From positions 1 through 34,512 of IMG/VR virus record IMGVR_UViG_3300037457_000050: a stretch of DNA of 34,512 bases. One strand, 5' to 3'. Source of the DNA: a virus. Lineage: Duplodnaviria > Caudoviricetes. Numbering within the stretch: the first letter of the stretch is position 1; each line of letters starts with the position of its first letter. Position numbers and translations under genes: made by a program. A model generated the notes under the pieces. The model had not been told where the DNA came from. It saw only the letters and a list, made by a program, of their open reading frames with translations, and made no database searches. Shown here piece after piece: positions 31,137 through 34,512 of this stretch.

Positions 31137-33952
31137 CGGCCCACCCCCGCCAGGTCGATGCCGGTGATGGCCTCAGCCACCGCTGCGATCAGGTCGCGGG
31201 CGGCTGGCGGGGTGACTGCGTTGCCGAGCATCCGGGTCCGCTCCCGCTTGTTGCCCAGCAGCACGAACTGTGGCGCGAACGCCATACCGGCCTTGATCTC
31301 GTGCACGTCGAGCATCCGGAACGTGCAGTCCTCCACCGCCACCGCGGTACCCAGCAACGCGTCGCCCTGCACGGTGGTCTGCGTCGGCATCGGCTCGGCA
31401 AGCGGGCGCAGATCCCCGGTGTCGTAGCCGTAGAGCACGTGGTCCCACCGGATCAGCGTCTGTTTGCTCTCCGCCAGGATCGTCCGCAGCGGCTGGTTCA
31501 CCGGGGTAGACATCTGCCCTTGGTCGCCGCGGGCGGTCAGGTTCCGCATCACCAGGGCGTGGTGATAGCCGCCGGCTGCCAATGTCACCAGCGGATGCTC
31601 GCCGGCTGGTCTGGCGTTTCCGTTGCGGCGCAGCGGCACCACCAGGGCGTCCTGTAGCCGGGCCGTCTGCGCTCTCGCCGGGCCGGTCACCGGGCGGGCA
31701 TGCACGTTCTCGCGGCCCTCCACCGGCACCAGCAGCGGGTCGACCAGGGCGTGGTTGGACCCGTCGGCAACCACGGTGGCCATCGGGTGATCGACGCCGA
31801 TCGTCCGTGGCCGGCCCGACCGCAGCACGGTCAGAAACGGGCTGACCACGGCGTCGTTGTCCGTGGCCGTGCGGGTGGCCATCGGCCGGTCAACCGTCTG
31901 GGCTTCCCGGCGCCGGGCCCCGCCAGCCGGCACCAGCAGCGGCGTGGCCAGTCCGTGGTGCCCGCCACCGGCGGAGACGGTGTGCAGCGGCTCGTCGACA
32001 CCCTGGGTGCCTGCGTTCGTCCGCATGACCGCCAGGAACGAGGCCGTACCGTTCCCGTTGGCGGCCGGCCGCGAGTAGCGAACCAGCCCGGCCTTTATGC
32101 GGGCCAGGGTCTTCGGCTTCAGCGGCCTGGCCCGGTCGCCGATCCGCTCCGCCGGCAGCAACCAGTCGATCGCGGACGCTGCCGGAAGGATGTACGGCCG
32201 CACCACCGCGTTCTCGCAGCTGGTCGACGGGCAGCGGTAGACGTATTGGGAGCCGTAGCGCATCGGCCGCCGCGGACCCGGCTTCGGCGCGTACACCGCC
32301 CGTACGTCCACATCGCACACCGGGCAGCGGGCCAGTGGACGGGTCCACCGGTCCAGATCCGGCGCCTTGTACCGGGACTGCCAGAACACGACATACACCC
32401 GGTCCCGAAGCTGCGGCGCCGGCGCGCCGAGCTGGTGAGCGAACGCGGAGTTGACGGTGACCACCCGGTGCCGGTAGCCGAGCTTGTGCATCTCGCCCAG
32501 CCACCGGTCGAACTCGGCCCACTTCAGGATGTCCGGCACGTTCTCCACCACCACCGCCTTGTACCGGTGGTACCGGCTGAACCGGGGCACGTCCTCCATC
32601 TGCACCCGCGACCGCTGCACCGCCTCGGGCGGCAACGGCTCGTCGAACAGACCCGGCTGGCCCGCGTAGTCGGTACGCTCCCCGCGGGCCACGGACCAGG
32701 TGGTGCAGTTGTGGACGACGATGCCGTCCGCGACGAACGAGTGGTCCTCCTCCACGGTCAGGTCGTAGACCAGTGTCATATCGCTGGCCGGCCTGATCGA
32801 CTTGACCGGCGCCCACGTGTGCATCGGTGTAGCAACGGTGCTTGGCCGCTTCTGCTCGTACAGCCACACCACGGTCCACTGCGGGCGCGCTCGGCCGGTG
32901 CGACCGTCAATCCTCCACGTGTCACGGTGCTGATATTGCAGCTGGGTTCGGTGACCGAGGGACTCGGCTAGCAACCGAACTCCGAGGGCGAGGCTCTTGG
33001 AGACGGAGGCGGCCCGCCACTCGCGGCCGTCGTTGTAGCCGTCGGCCGACAGGTACCCATCAAGCAGTGCGCGCCGCCACGCCTGCGGCGCACCAAGCAC
33101 CCATGCTGGAACGGTCTTCCCGTGGGCGCGGTGCCCGAAGTGCCGTACAAGCCATTGCGCGAGTTCGGAATGGCTGTTGGCAAACGCCACCGCGGTCCGA
33201 AGCTGACGGCGTGACCAGGTCAGCTCCGGCGCGCACTGATCGCAGTCGTGGTGCACCCATGACAGGGCTTTCGCTAGATCATCGGCCTCATGGTTGCCGC
33301 AAGTAACGAAGGTCTCGTCGTTGCCGTTCGGTCGGACACGAAGGGAACCGTCACCGAGCCACCGCCCAACGAACCAGGCGAACCGCGGATCATCCACGTG
33401 AAGCGGGCGACGGCCACCGATCCTGGGAACGTCCGAGTCGGGGAACAGGTTAGGCGTGGCCCACAGCGCGGTCCCGTCAGCCGGAACGTCGCCGACGTTC
33501 ACCCACTGGGGCGAAGCTCCGTCGGTACGGACCCAGATCGGATGGTTGGCTGTAACCTCGATCCCGCGCGTGTTGCCGTGGCCGCCGAGTAAGACGGTGG
33601 GTGCTTGGCGGCTCATCGTGTTGGTGACGCGTCGGTATCGGCCAACGTGCGTCAGAACACGGTCGCCGGTGTTGACGTTCTGGATCGGGACCAAGCCACG
33701 TTCGGTCAGGACGAGCGTCCCGGCCGCGAAGCACTCCGGGCTGAACCAGCCGATGTCAGTGGACGGGTAGCGCCGCGGGTCGGCCACGGTCACATCGATC
33801 ACGTCGTGATCCACATGGGGCATGTTGGTGTTGTGGACCTCGATCGCCAGCGCCCAGTGGTTGATCGCGTATCTCACCCGGACGCCAGGTACCAGCTCCG
33901 CGCCGGAGGACGAACCGCCCGCGCCACAATAAAAATCCATCACGGTCAGCAC
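31133..33952 (-). CDS. DNA (cytosine-5) methyltransferase with intein
   Basis: Motif I DFYCGAGG; motif IV SPE|C; VVENV; QLRDRVY; motif X LGNAVTPP; start GTG 33952 or ATG 33940. Confidence 0.95.
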   Translation of the reverse strand: MLTVMDFYCGAGGSSSGAELVPGVRVRYAINHWALAIEVHNTNMPHVDHDVIDVTVADPRRYPSTDIGWFSPECFAAGTLVLTERGLVPIQNVNTGDRVLTHVGRYRRVTNTMSRQAPTVLLGGHGNTRGIEVTANHPIWVRTDGASPQWVNVGDVPADGTALWATPNLFPDSDVPRIGGRRPLHVDDPRFAWFVGRWLGDGSLRVRPNGNDETFVTCGNHEADDLAKALSWVHHDCDQCAPELTWSRRQLRTAVAFANSHSELAQWLVRHFGHRAHGKTVPAWVLGAPQAWRRALLDGYLSADGYNDGREWRAASVSKSLALGVRLLAESLGHRTQLQYQHRDTWRIDGRTGRARPQWTVVWLYEQKRPSTVATPMHTWAPVKSIRPASDMTLVYDLTVEEDHSFVADGIVVHNCTTWSVARGERTDYAGQPGLFDEPLPPEAVQRSRVQMEDVPRFSRYHRYKAVVVENVPDILKWAEFDRWLGEMHKLGYRHRVVTVNSAFAHQLGAPAPQLRDRVYVVFWQSRYKAPDLDRWTRPLARCPVCDVDVRAVYAPKPGPRRPMRYGSQYVYRCPSTSCENAVVRPYILPAASAIDWLLPAERIGDRARPLKPKTLARIKAGLVRYSRPAANGNGTASFLAVMRTNAGTQGVDEPLHTVSAGGGHHGLATPLLVPAGGARRREAQTVDRPMATRTATDNDAVVSPFLTVLRSGRPRTIGVDHPMATVVADGSNHALVDPLLVPVEGRENVHARPVTGPARAQTARLQDALVVPLRRNGNARPAGEHPLVTLAAGGYHHALVMRNLTARGDQGQMSTPVNQPLRTILAESKQTLIRWDHVLYGYDTGDLRPLAEPMPTQTTVQGDALLGTAVAVEDCTFRMLDVHEIKAGMAFAPQFVLLGNKRERTRMLGNAVTPPAARDLIAAVAEAITGIDLAGVGR
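31355..32040 (-). repeat. About seven degenerate 30-35 aa repeats in the MTase variable region
   Basis: VDEPLHTV..HHGL / VDRPMATR / VDHPMATV..NHAL / VTGPARAQT / EHPLVTL..HHAL / VNQPLRTI / LAEPMPTQT. Confidence 0.7.
32708..33733 (-). mobile_element. Intein (342 aa) with LAGLIDADG homing endonuclease
   Basis: Starts CFAAGTLVLT; block B IEVTANHPIW; WFVGRWLGDGS and LLDGYLSADG; ends VYDLTVEEDHSFVADGIVVHN followed by Cys. Confidence 0.95.
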
Positions 33953-34137
33953 CCGCCCACCCCCGCCGGTTGGCGGGGCCAGCACATCTCCGCGGCCTGC
34001 CGCATCCCGCCCCGGCCCATCCGCCACATCCGGTGCCCCAACACCCGGCCGCCGCGGCCAGTCGGCGCCGGTCCGCCGCACTCCGGGCACTCAACCGTGG
34101 GCAGGGTCGCGGCGGTCAAGGGGTGCACCCTTGCCAC
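33946..34137 (-). CDS. Small zinc-ribbon protein
   Basis: PTVECPECG..H..C, similar to 19279..19485; start uncertain. Confidence 0.5.
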   Translation of the reverse strand: MARVHPLTAATLPTVECPECGGPAPTGRGGRVLGHRMWRMGRGGMRQAAEMCWPRQPAGVGGC

Positions 34138-34512
34138 GGGATCGCGGGTGCCGGGGTGTGCGCGGGCGGGGTCAGCGCTCGCCGCATCAGCGCCAGTTGC
34201 CGGCCCCAGGTCGCGCCGGTCCGCTCCGCCACCAGCCATCGTGCCTGCAAGCGGGCCGCCTCACGCTCAGCGGCCAGCCGCCGGTGGACCTCACCCTCCA
34301 GCCAGCCCTGCCCGTTGCCGGCCTCGTGCTGGCCGTGCCGCCACCGGGCCGTGTACGTCGCGGCCCACCCGCGTACGGTCTCCCACCGGGCACCGGCCGC
34401 GTCGCGTACGGCCCGGCCCAGCCGGGCCATGCCGAGCCCGGCGAGCACCAGCCCGGCCAGCAGCGGCAGCGGCAGCACCCCCACGGCGCGGGTGGCCAGT
34501 GCCCAGCCGGCG
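34116..34512 (-). CDS. Membrane protein, probably 5'-truncated by the window edge
   Basis: Hydrophobic segment; frame stays open to the window end. Confidence 0.55.
   Translation of the reverse strand, partial: AGWALATRAVGVLPLPLLAGLVLAGLGMARLGRAVRDAAGARWETVRGWAATYTARWRHGQHEAGNGQGWLEGEVHRRLAAEREAARLQARWLVAERTGATWGRQLALMRRALTPPAHTPAPAIPWQGCTP

Larger units (their letters stand above)
1..34512 (-). mobile_element. Early/middle region of a temperate actinophage or prophage (both ends outside window)
   Basis: Long co-directional run of short overlapping genes including antirepressor, Sak4-like ATPase, WhiB, HNH, VRR-NUC, replication initiator, primase-helicase and MTase; no host housekeeping genes. 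Confidence 0.9.

Overview
This is high-GC actinobacterial DNA (WhiB gene, TANNNT promoters, leaderless starts) that reads as the early/middle region of a temperate actinophage or prophage. About 70 tightly coupled genes run on the minus strand. From right to left they include an intein-containing C5 cytosine methyltransferase, an antirepressor, a Sak4-like AAA ATPase, three HNH endonucleases, WhiB, VRR-NUC, ASCH, DUF4326, SLOG, a PD-(D/E)XK nuclease, a replication initiator with internal iterons, a primase-helicase, many small hypothetical genes, a Cys-rich protein and an HTH protein. Only three credible genes are on the plus strand. One is tnpB of a minimal tnpA-less IS200/IS605 element (1345-2591) whose empty site, TAM (TCAG) and guide can be reconstructed. 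The other two are orphan Phd/YefM-like genes, each leaderless and back-to-back with a GTAC-box-rich leftward promoter that heads a phage module. No integrase, structural genes, tRNA, CRISPR array or reverse transcriptase were seen. All family calls come from motif recognition by eye, not database searches. Many start codons were re-assigned from RBS and stop/start overlaps.
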